A stretch of 64,000 bases of DNA from Octopus vulgaris (lineage: Eukaryota). How positions within the stretch are numbered: position 1 is the stretch's first letter; each line of letters begins with the position of its first letter. The stretch spans positions 11,904,001-11,968,000 of the forward strand of contig OX597839.1 of NCBI GenBank assembly GCA_951406725.2, in the 5' to 3' direction. The notes below the pieces were generated by a model. The model saw only the letters and a program-made list of their open reading frames with translations. It was not told the DNA's origin and did not search any database. Shown here in pieces: positions 1 to 12,854 of the stretch. The translations under genes were made by a program, and so were the position numbers.

Positions 1-140
1 TGTCACACTGATTCTGTCCGAGAATTATGTTAAACGTATATATGTCTCTAGAATACTCAGCGACTTACACGTTAATTCAAGGGTAGGTAATTCAGTTGAT
101 AGAACAAGTGAATCCTCGTCGTTGAATGACGAAGATCCAT
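1..140 (+). mobile_element. SINE family D, 3' part (decayed)
   Basis: Matches the body of family D copies at 15950-16090, 23480-23635, 34197-34310 and 46750-46840 (tgtcacgctgaatctccctgagaactacgttaagggtac...ctcagccacttgcacgttaatt). Confidence 0.7.
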
Positions 141-779
141 CAGTGAATTAGTTACAAAAGCCCATACTAATCAGAGAGAAGTTAAAGAGAATCTCCCAAC
201 ACATTCGTTAAACTTGCTGAAAATAGCAACCAATCCGCCCTCAAATGACACCCTACCAGTTTTTAAAAGGGACACCTTTTAAACACGTTGGACAATGTTG
301 TCCTGATTACAATACAATATCTGATTTAAAGAAAACTATCGAGATGGTCGTGGCTGGAATGCCTTTGGTCAGGGTCAATAACTAGGTTGCTTTTACTTAA
401 AGAGAAATATTAGCGGAGAATATAGATGAGGTGGAACAAAAGAAGCAGTAAGAGAAAACAAAGAGTAGAAATGGCAGCAATGAATAGATTAGAAATGGCT
501 GTTAGGGGAAAATATTGCAGCCGACAAGCAAGCGGGAAATATGGTGCTCGACAATTTCTTTGACGTGAAACACGCAAGTTGTTTTGTTTGAGCTAAGACG
601 AGCGATCTTAGACAGGAGAAAATGAAAGCTGATTCAGTGGACCCGAACGACGGAGGCGTGACGTGATAACAAAGCCACAACTGGATTTTTGACGGATCAC
701 AAGGGACGCGTGCTATAGAATTTCAGATGAATAAGCTTTCGTCAGTGATACTTTGCGTTACTGTTTAGGAGAAGCGGTG

Positions 780-1190
780 GACTGGAGACGGTGGTGGGGT
801 TTTAACGCCTACTTCGACACCCTGCCGTGACTCTCGCCGGAAGAAGTGGGGCATTGCGAAATGCCAGTTAACGACACGAGCGGTCGTGCGGGAGACAATA
901 TCGCAGAGGTTGGCTGGTTGGTCTGCTTTGCGAGCTTTATGGATACATGCTGGTCACGTTCGGTCCTGGCAACGATATATCGCAACTAGCTGCAGCTTGG
1001 AAGATGAGGGTTATGTAACGCGCATAAGATGGGGATGGTGGTGCTCGCTTGGCGAGGGGAACCAATGGGAGAACTAGGGCCTGTCAGTTTGAAATTCAGA
1101 ATTAAATATTTTATGCATCTCTCTCACAATCCTCAAAGGCAGCGCCGTTTCCATTTTGTCTGCTGGAACCATGAAGCTGTCTGAATTACT
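780..1190 (+). pseudogene. Highly decayed 3' end of a CRE-like (restriction-like endonuclease, RLE) non-LTR retrotransposon
   Basis: Frames give PMGELGPVSLKF and ISLTILKGSAVSILSAG. TTCCATTTTGTCTGCTGG is shared with the minus-strand copy at ~8805-8822. The 5' boundary is uncertain. Confidence 0.45.
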
Positions 1191-1696
1191 GGAAATCGCG
1201 TGATTGAAAGGACTAATGATTGATATTAAGTTTTGATCACTCTTCTTCAATATTCAGCAGAAGTTAGATGCGATACATTTTCGTATGCATGAATATAAAA
1301 ATATATGGATAGATCTATTAATTAATTAATTTATTTATTTATTCCTTTATTTATTTACGAAGGGGTTGGCGCATGCTGTCGGTACAGCACACTGCCTGTC
1401 TTTCACGATACACACTTATTAAAAAAAATTTTTGTAATTTTGTGTTACATATTTGTCAGACCATGAAGTAAGTGAGAATAATTATAAAGTGTCTGGATGG
1501 AGTGAGTGTTAATGATGGTGTTGAGGGAACGATGGGACGGTGGAGGGGGCTGCGAATGTGTGTGTGGGGTCAACAGATCAATATTCGAGTGGGAAGATGA
1601 GAGTGAGAACAATGGAGGTGAGAGAGAGAGAGAAAGGATGAACGTTTAAGGGGAAAATGAGATTGTGTGTGAGTGAGAATGTGTACATCTGTGTGC

Positions 1697-1729
<33 letters not shown>

Positions 1730-2446
1730 TGTGTGTGTGTGTGTGTGCGTGTGTGTGAGAATGTGTACATTTGTGTGTGTGTGTGTGTGAGTGTGTGTCT
1801 ATGTATATGTGTGTGGAAGTACAAGAAAGAATTGTGTGCATGTATGTTTAGGAAAAAGGACAAGGGAGTGCTGGGGGTGTCTTTCAGAGAGAAAGTGCGT
1901 GTGTGTGTGTGTGTGTGTGTGTGTAAAAGGGAAAGAAGGGACTGTGCGTGTATGCTTATATGAAAGAGTGAAGCGAGAAACTGATGGTGTATTTGAGAAA
2001 TTGTGTGCATGTGTGTATGTATGTGTGTGTGTCTGTGTAAGAGTAAGACTGGAACAGGGAGCTTGCGTGCGTGTATATTTATGAGAAAGAGCGAGAAAGT
2101 GATGACCTATCTGAGAAAGCGTGTGCGTATGTTTGTATGTATACATGCGTGTAGCGGAGCCGATGCAGGTTGACACACACATAAAATATAATTTATTAAC
2201 CACACCGAGTCACAAAGACATACAAACAATTATTTCATGCACAGAACTGTTTCTTTTTTGTCTTCTGGGCATCGTCTTCTTTGTTGTCCTAAATAAAAAG
2301 TCATTTGGCGTTATTGGGTCATGTAAGAGACGGTTTGGGGTTGAGCAGTTGCCGTTTATTGATAAAAGGGGGCGCTGTTGGTCGGATATGATCGGTTGGA
2401 GTGGGGCGGGGGGGAATATCCTGAATATATGAATCTTTTATATTTA

Positions 2447-2668
2447 TTCTTTTACTGGTTTCAGTCATTTGATTGCGGCCAAGCTGGGGCACCGCCTTTA
2501 GAAATTTTTAGTCGAATGAATTGACCGGATTACTTTTTTTTAAAAAAGTCTATCGGTTCCTTTTGCCGAACCGCTAAGTTACGGGGGCGTAAACACACCA
2601 TCACCGGTTGTCAAGCGGTGATGGGGCGATAAACAGAGACAAAAAGACACACACACACATACACACAA
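2447..2668 (-). mobile_element. SINE family A, 3' half
   Basis: Reverse complement of the 3' half of the full copy at 3333-3843. Confidence 0.85.
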
Positions 2669-2870
2669 ATTATTCAAACATTAAAGAATTACTCTCAACA
2701 CATGGCTATGATGCTCCCCCATTACTTCTGCTCGTGATCAGAGATGCACATATCATCAGCCACCAAAGGACATGCTCAACTGGTTAAGGTCAAGCAACTG
2801 ACAAAGCAAACCTATGGTATTGAGCAGAATATTTGCTGTAACCCATCTTTTATACCAAAACAAGAACCAA
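2669..2870 (+). repeat. Unclassified interspersed repeat (family E)
   Basis: Reverse complement of 63730-63925. Overlapping pieces of the same family lie at 51552-51820 and 17628-17720. Confidence 0.75.
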
Positions 2871-3124
2871 ACTTGAAACAGTGACCAATGGAAAAACAAG
2901 CTGACTAGTGAGGTTGAGTTGTGCTATTGTTATTGACCCGTGGTTCTGAACCAAGGTCCATTTGACCATTGAGGGTCCATATAAGATTTTGCTGTTAAAA
3001 TTCATCTGCAATAAATTGGTTATACTAATATCATAAGTAATTTTATAGAAAAAAATCAAATATGTTATGTAATTTATTTTTTTAACACAATTCCTAATAT
3101 TGTGTTAAATATTAGAACAAAACG

Positions 3125-3320
3125 CCGCACAAAATGCTTAGCGGCCTTTCAGCCATCTTTACGTTCTGAGTTCAAAATTCCACCGAGGTCGACTTTGCCC
3201 TTCATCCTTTGAAGGTCGATAAAATAAGCACTAGTTGAGCACTGGGGTCGATGTAGTCGATTTATCACGTCCCCAGAAATTGCTGGCTTTGTACCGAAAT
3301 TTGAAACCAATATTAATCAT
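3125..3320 (+). mobile_element. SINE family B (Nin/Deu-like core), alternative tail
   Basis: B-box-like gagttcaaaattcc, core gaggtcgactttgcccttcatcc...gtcgataaaataagca, tail gctggctttgtaccgaaatttgaaacca. Confidence 0.8.
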
Positions 3321-3332
3321 AAAAATATAATA

Positions 3333-3495
3333 GGCGTAGGAGTGGCTGTGTGGTAAGTAGCTTCCTTACATTTCACATGGTTCCGGGTTCAGTCCCACTG
3401 CGTGGCACCTTGGGCAAGTGTCTTCTACTATAGTCTCGGGCCGACCAAAGCCTTGTGAGTTGATTTGGTAGACGGAAACTGAAAAAAGTCCGTCG

Positions 3496-3527
<32 letters not shown>

Positions 3528-3559
3528 TGTATGTATGTATGTATGTATGTATGTATGTA

Positions 3560-3620
<61 letters not shown>

Positions 3621-3843
3621 ATGTATGTATGTATGTATGTGTGTCTGTTTGTGTTTGTACCCCCAACATCGCTTGACAACCGATGCTGGGGTGTTTATGT
3701 CCCCGTAAGTTAGCGATTCGGCAAAACACACCGATAGAATAAGTACTAGGCTTACAAAGAATAAGTCCTGGGGTCAATTTGCTCGACTAAAAGGCGGTGC
3801 TCCAGCATGGCCACAGTCAAATGACTGAAACAAGTAAAAGAGT
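3333..3843 (+). mobile_element. SINE family A, full length (tRNA-derived head, internal microsatellite, LINE-like tail)
   Basis: A-box tggctgtgtggt, B-box ggttcagtccc, accttgggcaagt motif, internal (TATG)/(TG) tract, tail ggcggtgctccagcatggccacagtcaaatgactgaaac. More than 12 copies or fragments in the window. Confidence 0.92.
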
Positions 3844-4076
3844 AGGATTTTTGTAAACATTAAATGGCTAGGAGGGTGCACCTGAATCAAAATGGGTCCA
3901 TAGGGGAAATATGATTGAGAATCCCTGCTCTAGGGTGTGTTTGTAGAAGCTGGCTGATGAAGCAAGTCGCGAGTTCGGTTTCCAGAAACAGGAACTGTCC
4001 CATCGGTAAATACATCATTTCATTCACACACTTATTAACATACACAAACACTCACATGCACAGTCACAAACATATA

Positions 4077-4307
4077 TATTTCTTGACTACCCACAAGGGG
4101 CTAAACACAGAGGGGACAAACAAGGACAGACAAACGGATTAAGTCGATTACATCGACCCCAGTGTGCAACTGGTACTTATTTAATCGACCCCGAAAGAAT
4201 GAAAGGCAAAGTCGACCTCGGCGGAATTTGAACTCAGAACGTAACGGCAGACGAAATATCGCTAAGCATTTCGCCCGGCGCGCTAACGTTTCTGCCAACT
4301 CACCGCC
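4077..4307 (-). mobile_element. SINE family B, full length with TSD
   Basis: Full family B sequence flanked by the direct repeat gcacagtcacaaacat. Confidence 0.92.
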
Positions 4308-4370
4308 TTGCACAGTCACAAACATGTACACGTTTAGTGTGACTTTCTTGGGTTGAGCCAACTCAAATCG

Positions 4371-4407
<37 letters not shown>

Positions 4408-4574
4408 AAGAGAAGGGGGGAGAGGAGATTTATCATTTAGAGTCTAAATTTTAGACCAATGTCACAGCCATCTGAGAAAGTGTTGCGATCTACACATGCT
4501 TAATTTATAAAAACTGTGTATGTGCATGTGTGTATTCATATAAGTGATCGCTTGTATAGCCATATTACGAACTT

Positions 4575-4595
4575 CGTATATAGGCATATATATGC

Positions 4596-4686
<91 letters not shown>

Positions 4687-4759
4687 TAGATATATATATG
4701 TGTATATATATATATGAATATATATATATAGAGATATAGATATGTGTATATATATATAG

Positions 4760-4808
<49 letters not shown>

Positions 4809-4849
4809 TATATACATATATATATATACATATATATGTACATATATAT

Positions 4850-4882
<33 letters not shown>

Positions 4883-5039
4883 TATATATATGCATATATA
4901 TATATTCCTATATATATACACACACAAACGTATATATGTATATGTCTGTCTGCGGGCACGTATATGTGTGACTGTGAGTGTCTATATTTGTATGTGCATA
5001 TGCATGTATGTGTGACTGCGAGTGCGCGTGCGATTGAGT

Positions 5040-5105
<66 letters not shown>
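4575..5105. repeat. Compound (TA)n/(TG)n microsatellite, representative of dozens in the window
   Basis: Seen directly. Similar tracts at e.g. 21305-22115, 40360-40790, 52020-53100, 60570-60960, 61900-63150. Confidence 0.98.
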
Positions 5106-5106
<1 letters not shown>

Positions 5107-5923
5107 ACAAGTCACAGTGGGAGATGTCAAAATGCCATGTTGTTACATTGAAACCAGATCCGATCTGAAACCGAGATCAGCGGTGGACCGGTGTATCGTG
5201 TATCAGCGAACATCGAAACTACTGGGTGGGCGTGGGGGTGAGCGGGGTGGGGTGGGGTGGGGTCACAGTGATGGTAGTGGTGTTTAGTGGTAGTAGCGGT
5301 GGTGATGGTGGCGCTGTTATTGTTGGTAATGATGGCGTGTATAACAACAATGGTATCGGGGGTGGTAGTGACGGCGGAGGTGTTGGCAGCCGTGCTGGCG
5401 GTGCGGGTGTTTTCAAGAATAGTGGTGCTGGTGGTGATGAGGGTGGGTGCTGCTACTGCGACTACTGCAGGTGGAGGTAATGGTGGTGGTGTTAGGGTGG
5501 CGGGTAGGAGCCGCTGTCAATGGTACAACAAAAGACAGGCGTTTGGTATGTAAAAACACCCGTGAACCACGATGGGCTCAACCCACTAAAAAACCGAACA
5601 CAACACGCAGTGGTTTAGCAAGGGCGTATTTCATTTTGTTAATGATACATTGAAAGAAAGAAGAGCAACACCTATGACCCTTTTTTTAAGGCCTACTCGC
5701 CCGCCCTTGGTAGGTAACGGTGGTGAGAGAGAATGCTATGTTGCGATCGGGCACCTGGTGTGAGGTCTCCAGACCAATTGAACTGACGACTCCCTGGAGG
5801 TCCCCGAAGGACCAGGTGATGCTGGTTGTTATTTTTAACCTGGGTGTCCTCGACTTGCGAAGTCTTATCACCTAAAGACAAGTGGAAGGCATCTGACCTT
5901 GCTTGTTTATTATTATTATTATT

Positions 5924-6258
5924 TTACTCTTTTACTTGTTTCAGTCATTTGACTGCGGCCATGCTGGAGCACAGCCTTTCGTCAAGCAAATCGACCCCAG
6001 GACTTATTCTTTGGAAGCCTGATACTTATTCTATCGGTCACTTTTGCCGAACCGTTAAGTTACGTAAATACAACAGCATCGGTTGTCAAACATATACACA
6101 CACATACATATATAACGACGGGCTTTTTACAGTTTCCGTCTACCAAATCCACTCACAAGGCTTTGGTCGTCCCGAGGCTATAGTAAAAGACACTTGCCCA
6201 AGGTACCACGCCGTGGGACTGAACCCGTAACCATGTGGTTGATAAGCAAGCTACTTAT
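5924..6258 (-). mobile_element. SINE family A
   Basis: Reverse complement of family A, 5' end slightly truncated. Confidence 0.9.
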
Positions 6259-6749
6259 GAATATGTGTGTGTGTGTATACACACACACACACACGCGCAC
6301 ACAGACCCATATATAAATATACATATACATACATGTGCACATTTATGTATATATGTTGATATATATTTGTAAGGGCATTTGGGTGTATAAGTGTGAGTGT
6401 TTATATGTGTGTGTTTGTGCGTGTGTGTGTGTATGTGTGTGCGTGCAAGTGTATGCGCGCTCGCTCACATACACATATAGGCGCTGCGCAGACACGCACG
6501 TACGCATATTTAGACTTTGAGAGAAAATAGAAACATGATTAAATAAAAGGAACGAAAAAATAAAATAAAATTTCAACGTCATGTTGAAAAAAGAAAAAGG
6601 AAAAGAAAAAGTATGTCGGGGGTCAAAATGAAGCAGTTTTGGACAACAAATAACAAATTATATGATGAAATTGAGAAGGGTAACAGGAGAAGAAGAAAAG
6701 GAAAGAAAGAGAGGAAGAAGGAAAGAAAGAAAGGAGGAGGACGAGAAGG

Positions 6750-6805
<56 letters not shown>

Positions 6806-6955
6806 TATTATTATTATCATTATTATTATTATAAGAAGGGGAGGGGAGGAGGAGGAAGAGGAAGAAGAAGAAGGAGGAGGAGGAGGAGGAGGAGAAGAAG
6901 AAGAAGAAGAAGAAGAAGAAGAAGAAGAAGAAGAAGAAGAAGAAGAAGAAGAACG
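6750..6955. repeat. (AAT)n/(TTA)n/(AGG)n/(AAG)n trinucleotide tracts
   Basis: Seen directly. Confidence 0.97.
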
Positions 6956-7363
6956 AAGAAGAGGGACAACTACACCAACAACAACAACAGCAGCAGCACC
7001 GACAAGAATCTTGCTGGGTTATTTGGTGGATGTTTGCAATGACATATATACTACTTGTAATGGCAGAAAAACAAGGTAAGGAAATACAACCAACAACAGC
7101 AGCGATTTAAATAAATATAAAACAAAACCCACACACGACCAACACAGCGAACAATCCACCCGACATAACGAATCGGATATGGAAGCGGTGGTGCTGGTAG
7201 TGATATTGGTAGTGGTGATGGTGGTGATGGTGGTGATGGTGGGTGGTGGTGGTGGTGGTGGTAGTAGTAGTATTGGTAAATGGCTGTATAGGGAGAGGTA
7301 GTTATGGTGAGGCGGTGTTGGCAGTGGCGAGGCGATGGTAACGGTGGAGATGGTAGTGATGGT

Positions 7364-7596
7364 GGTGGCGAGCTGGCAGAAACGTTAGCACGCCGGGCGA
7401 AATGTTTAGCGGTACTTCGTCTGCCGCTACGTTCTGAGTTCAAATTCCGCCGAGGTCGACTTTGCCTTTCATTCTTTCCGGGTCGATTGAATAAGTACCA
7501 GTTGCGCACTGGGGTCGATATAATCGACTTCATCCGTTTACCTGTCCTTGTTTGTCCCCTCTGTGTTTAGCCCCTTGTGGGTAGGAAGGAAATAGG
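7364..7596 (+). mobile_element. SINE family B, full length
   Basis: ggtggcgagctggcagaaacgttagc...gaaataggt, flanked by a long direct duplication. Confidence 0.92.
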
Positions 7597-8239
7597 TAGT
7601 GATGGTGAGGGTGGTGGTGATGGTGGTAGTAGTAGTATTGGTAAATGGCTGTATAGGGAGAAGTGGTTATGGTGAGGCGGTGTTGGCAGTGGCGAGGCGA
7701 TGGTAATGGTGGAGATGGTAGTGATGGTGGTGATGAGTGTTGATGATGATGATGATGATGACGACGGGTGGTGACGTTGGTGGTGATTGTGGTATTGTTA
7801 ACCTTTGTCAGTGGTTGCAGTGGTAGCGGTAATGAAAGTGGGGTGGGGGCAATGTTTCGGTATCAGTACATGACGTTTGTCAAGAGTGAGAATGCATTTG
7901 AAAGTTCAGTTCTGTCGAGTAGATGAAAAATATAGCAACGTTACACACTTACTCGTGACGTCATGTACTTTTACCGAAAGACTGCCGGTTGGTGGTAATG
8001 CTTGGTGGAGGGTGGTACTGGTCGTGGTTGTTGGTGGAATCGGCAGAGTCAAATGGAGGTGCTGTTGTTAATGACGGTAAGGGTCGGAATGTGTTGGCGC
8101 TACTTAATCGTAGGAGGGGTTACTGGTTCTGTTGTTGTTGTTGGTGGTGGTGGTGATGGTGGTAGTTTTGGCGATTGGATGGCGTTAGTGTTGTTGTTTA
8201 CTCAAATACAGAGTATCTTGCCTCTCGCAATACTCTTTT

Positions 8240-8776
8240 TTCTCTTTTATTTGTTTCAGTCATGTGACTGTGGCCATGCTGGAGCACCGCCTTTAGTCGA
8301 GAAAATCGACTCCAAGACTTATTCTTTGGAAGCCTAGTACTTATTCCATCGGTCTCTTTTGCCGAACCACTAAGTTACGGGGACATAAACACACCACCAT
8401 CGGTTGTCAAGCGGGAGGGAGGGGGACAAACATATACACACTCATACAGAGCGCTAATATATGATATAAGGTATATGATGTATAAAAACATGTAATATAC
8501 AAATAAATATCTGTAAATATAAAACCATCCGAATTTCTGAGTACCTCATTTCTTCTAATATAAAATACCTGTACATCATCTCCAAACCTTCTAATATATA
8601 TACACATTTATACGACGAGCTTTTTTCAGTTTCCGTCTACCAAATCCACTCACAAGGTTTTGGTCGGCCCGAGGCTATAGCAGAAGTCACTTGCCCAAGG
8701 TGCCACGCAGTGGGACTGAACCTGGAACCATGTGGTTGGTAAGCAAACTACTTACCACACAGCCACTCCTGCGCCT
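8240..8776 (-). mobile_element. SINE family A with an expanded or inserted AT-rich middle
   Basis: 3' half at 8240-8440, 5' half at 8610-8776. Confidence 0.85.
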
Positions 8777-8789
8777 ATAAATACTGAAG

Positions 8790-9075
8790 CATTTCTTATG
8801 ATCCCAGCAGACAAAATGGAAAAGGTATTGCTGTCCCGGATGATAGCGAGGAAGATGCGCCGGAAACAGCCACTCTGATTCGCGGTGCTCGCATTTGCAC
8901 ACAACAATCTCTGCTCCGATAGCGGTGAGCAGGGATATAGTCCGGGCACCAAGAATGCCAAAGGTCTCCAACACCACCAACACCACAGGCTCAACTATAA
9001 TAAACCTTTCAGAGAGCGACCGATACGTTGACCATATTTTTCTTCTCTGCCTGACGATCAACCGGAGTGGTAGCT
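8790..9075 (-). pseudogene. 3' end of a CRE-like RLE non-LTR retrotransposon ORF (decayed)
   Basis: TYRSLSERFIIVEPVVLVVLETFGILGARTISLLTAIG...HRESEWLF / RIFLAIIRDSNTFSILSAG matches the KY..L....F.P...ET.G..G....RE...L.QR.S.AI.RGN pattern of CRE-type RLE C-termini. Confidence 0.7.
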
Positions 9076-9125
9076 GACAAACATCAATTTACCGCTGATG
9101 GTATTGATGATCGAAATTAATATTG

Positions 9126-9290
9126 GGCGTAACTTCGGTATAGGTACCGGATACATTGCCAGAGTGTTTTATATATATATGTATGGGGGGTTAGCGTTAG
9201 GGTAAGGGGTGGGAGAAAAAGGTTTCTGTTATCTTCAGAAATGTAAACAAAGCCACCTGGTACTTACGGTACCTATACCGAAGGATCGCC
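9126..9290. mobile_element. Short MITE with internal TTAGGG-like repeats
   Basis: TIR ggcgtaacttcggtataggtaccg / cggtacctataccgaaggatcgcc. Internal ggttagcgttagggtaagggg and ttcagaaatgtaaa are shared with the 20378 element. Confidence 0.8.
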
Positions 9291-10459
9291 TAATATTGAT
9301 ATTGGTGTTGGTATTAGTCTTGATGATGTAGATGGTGTTGTTCATGGTGCTGTGGTTGTTGTCGGTGGTGGTGGTAGCGGCAGCGGTGGTGGTGGTAGCG
9401 GCAGCGGTGGTGGTGATGGTGATGGTCGTGGTGGTGGATGTGGTAGTACCGGTGGTGCTTTGTTTTATCATTGGCGATGCTGGTGTCGTTACTGTTGTTG
9501 TTGTTGCTGTTTGTGGTTGCTGTTGGTGTTGTTGGTGGTGAGGGTGCTTTTGTCATTGGCGATGGCGGTGCGTTGTTGCTGCAGTTGTTGATGTTGTTGG
9601 CGGTGGCGGTGGTGTCGTTGGTGTTAGCTTTATGACAAGGGAGACAAATTGTGTTTTAAATAATAGCCCAAGATTGAATATCTCATCCAAAATGAAAGAG
9701 GAAGAAATAAGTGGGAAGAGGAACAAAAGGAAGAAGGAAGAGGAAGAAATAAGAAGAGGGAGGAGGGACAAAAAGAAGGAAGAGGAGGAGGAGATGAAGA
9801 AGAAGAATTTGTCAGTTGAATTTATTGCTGTGTTTTATGGCGTCCAGTCGTTTATTTACAAAGGCTGATCATTTACAATTCATTGACACACTTCATTTTC
9901 CGCCTGCTCCCTCTACCGACACATATTATCACTCTATACTTAATCCCCACTTCTTTTAAAACCTACACATGTACACATTCATACACACACACACATGCAC
10001 ACTCATACATATGTATACATGCATGCAAACACTCTGTTTGCTTCTTTCTCTTGCACACGCACACGTTCACATACACACACTCAAACACACAAACCGAGGT
10101 ACACACCCAGGGACATATACACTCTCTCTTATCTCTCTTTATCTGGCACATACACATCGAGGCACACTCATGCACACACACACATCGAGGCACATATACC
10201 TCCTCTCTCTTGCACACACACATACACGCACTCACACATTGCGGCACATACACATCTTCTCTCTCTCTCTCTCTTGCACTCACACACTAAGACAGAAAAC
10301 TCACGCTATCTCTCATCTCTTTCTCACACAAGCGCACATTGACACACACAAACGTGTACAAACTCACACACATACACACACTCAAACACACTCACATACA
10401 TACACATACACCGCGGGATACTCATGCACACATGCCCTTTCTCTCTCTCTCACACATAC

Positions 10460-10800
10460 ACACACACAAACACAGATATTCTCACGCACACACATACTCT
10501 CTCTCTCTCTTTGTGACACACACATACACAGACGTATACACACACACACACAAACACAGACATTCTCACGCACACATACTCTCTCTCTCTTTGTGACACA
10601 CACATACACAGACGTATACACACACACACACAAACACAGACATTCTTACGCACGCACACACTCTCTCTCTTTGTGACACACACATACACAGACGTATACA
10701 CACACACACACACAAACACAGACATTCTCACGCACACACACACTCTCTCTCTCTCTTTGTGACACACACATACACAGACGTATATACACACACACACTCG
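10460..10800. repeat. ~70-bp minisatellite built from CA/CT microsatellites (4-5 units)
   Basis: Repeated aaacacagacattctcacgcacac...ctctctttgtgacacacacatacacagacgtata. Confidence 0.9.
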
Positions 10801-11645
10801 TACACGCGGCACCTCCCGCACTAAAATTGCGCTTTCTTAATCAACCTATTCCCTCCCACCTTCATTTCTTCCTCTTTCTCTTTTTTCTCTCGCTCCAAGA
10901 CGCCCTCCTCTCTCTCTCACACCCTCTCCTTCACACTCTCTCCCTCTCACTCACCCTCTCTCTCCCTTCCTCCACCCCCATCTCCCTCCCAATCTCTCAA
11001 GAACCTATTATATTTCCACTTTATTTCCCTGAATCATGTCACGACAAATAAAAAGTTATTTTCATGTTGCGGTTGTTTCGATAACGCTCCGTCCGCCATT
11101 GTTGATATTGTTGTAGCTCTTGTTGTTGTTGTTGTTAGATGTATTACTAGTAGTGGTTGGTGCCGGTGATGATGATGATGATGGGGGAGGATTTGTTGTT
11201 GTTGTTGTTGGTGGTGGTGTTGGTCGGTGGATCTTGCTATTGTTGTGATACAAACCCCCTCTCTTCAACCGCGCCCCCCAACCGACTGTTTTGACATGGC
11301 CGACCGTTTCATGAGAAAACTAAACCGCCTTTCGAACACACCACGTACGCACACATACACAAAAAACACAGACACATACGCATACACACGACATTCACGA
11401 CTACTGGGCAATACATATACGGGTAAAACATAGACACACACACACAGACACACCTTTCTTTCTCTCACCTCTCAACACGAGTAAACACAGGCACAAAGAC
11501 CTGTATATATGTATATATATATATATATATACACACACACATATATATACACACACAGATAAATATAAACATACACATATATATACACACACACATACAT
11601 ACACTCTTTACTATCTATCTATCTGTCTATCTATCTGCCTCTGTA

Positions 11646-11720
<75 letters not shown>

Positions 11721-12071
11721 ATATCCATCCATCCATCCATCCATCCATCTATCTGTATGCCTGTCTGTCTGTTTCCCTGTTTATTTATCTATATCGATCG
11801 ATCAATCAATCTTACCCCATATTGACACATTCACTGGCAAAGACATACGCTCAAAGGTACGCGCATACAAGAAACAGTAAAATGCACACACGTACATGAC
11901 ACCTCTACACCCAAAGGGGCATACACAAACACACACATACATACATACACACACATACATACATACACAAATACATACACACAAACTTCCGTGTTTCTCC
12001 TCTTTGTTGCACACATAAGTTCTCTCACACACACACATACTGATAAATTCATGCGAGTATATACACACACA

Positions 12072-12103
<32 letters not shown>

Positions 12104-12274
12104 TACACACACACACAAACGCATACATTTCGAAAGACTATCACATAGCTGGTACAAATATAGAAGCCTCTATCTACGTGGGTGCCCAACCTTTTCGAAA
12201 TAACAGCCAAACTCCCTTAAATCATACTACTATCAGCTTATGAAAAAGGAAAGATAGAGTCGATCTTTTGTCTT

Positions 12275-12662
12275 TTTCTTTGATTGCGGCCACGCTGGGG
12301 CAACGCCTTGAAGAACTTTTAGTTAAATGAATTAACCCCAGTATTTGTTTTTCGTTATGCCTGGCACTTATTCTGTCGATCTTATTTTTTTGCTGAGGCA
12401 ATAAAAAACGGGGACGTAAACACACCAACACCGGTTGTCAAGCGGCAGTGGGAGGGACAAACACAGACACAAATACACACACAGATACATATACATGCAT
12501 ATACATACAACAGGCTTCTTTCAGTTTCAATCTATCAAATCCATTAACAAGGCTTTGGTCGGCCTGAGGCTATAGTAGAAGACACTCGCCCAAAGTGCCA
12601 CGCAGCTGGACCGAACCCGGAACCATGTGGCTGGGAAGCAAACTTCTTACCACACAGCCACG
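12275..12662 (-). mobile_element. SINE family A (older copy)
   Basis: Reverse complement of family A. Confidence 0.85.
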
Positions 12663-12854
12663 TATGTACCTATGTTGTAGTTTTCGCATGCAAAAAGAAG
12701 TGATGGGCAAAGGCGGGGGGTGGGTGACATTTTTGATCACATCTATCATAGATTTGTTGTTGCTTCGTCATAGGTCAGGCTTGAACCCAAAAACTCATTA
12801 TCAAAGATTTTACCAGCTGTGGCCATCCCATCTTAAGATATATCCAGACGTACA

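Larger units (their letters stand above)
2938..3927. mobile_element. hAT/Charlie-like MITE interrupted by two nested SINEs
   Basis: Ends ccgtggttctgaacc ... gattgagaatccctg are degenerate CAGTGGTTCTCAAC-type TIRs, with subterminal GGTCCAT motifs and a right flank ctctaggg. Confidence 0.55.

Noticed and set aside
715-750. Minus-strand CUGACGA...GAAA hammerhead-like match
   Set aside because: Stem II has only 2 bp and there is no stem I; probably chance.
3333-3410. tRNA genes at SINE heads (also 35858 and 43626)
   Set aside because: A and B boxes are present, but there is no complete cloverleaf and each continues into a SINE body.
10460-10800. CRISPR-like repeat array
   Set aside because: Eukaryotic context, no unique spacers and no cas genes; it is a minisatellite.
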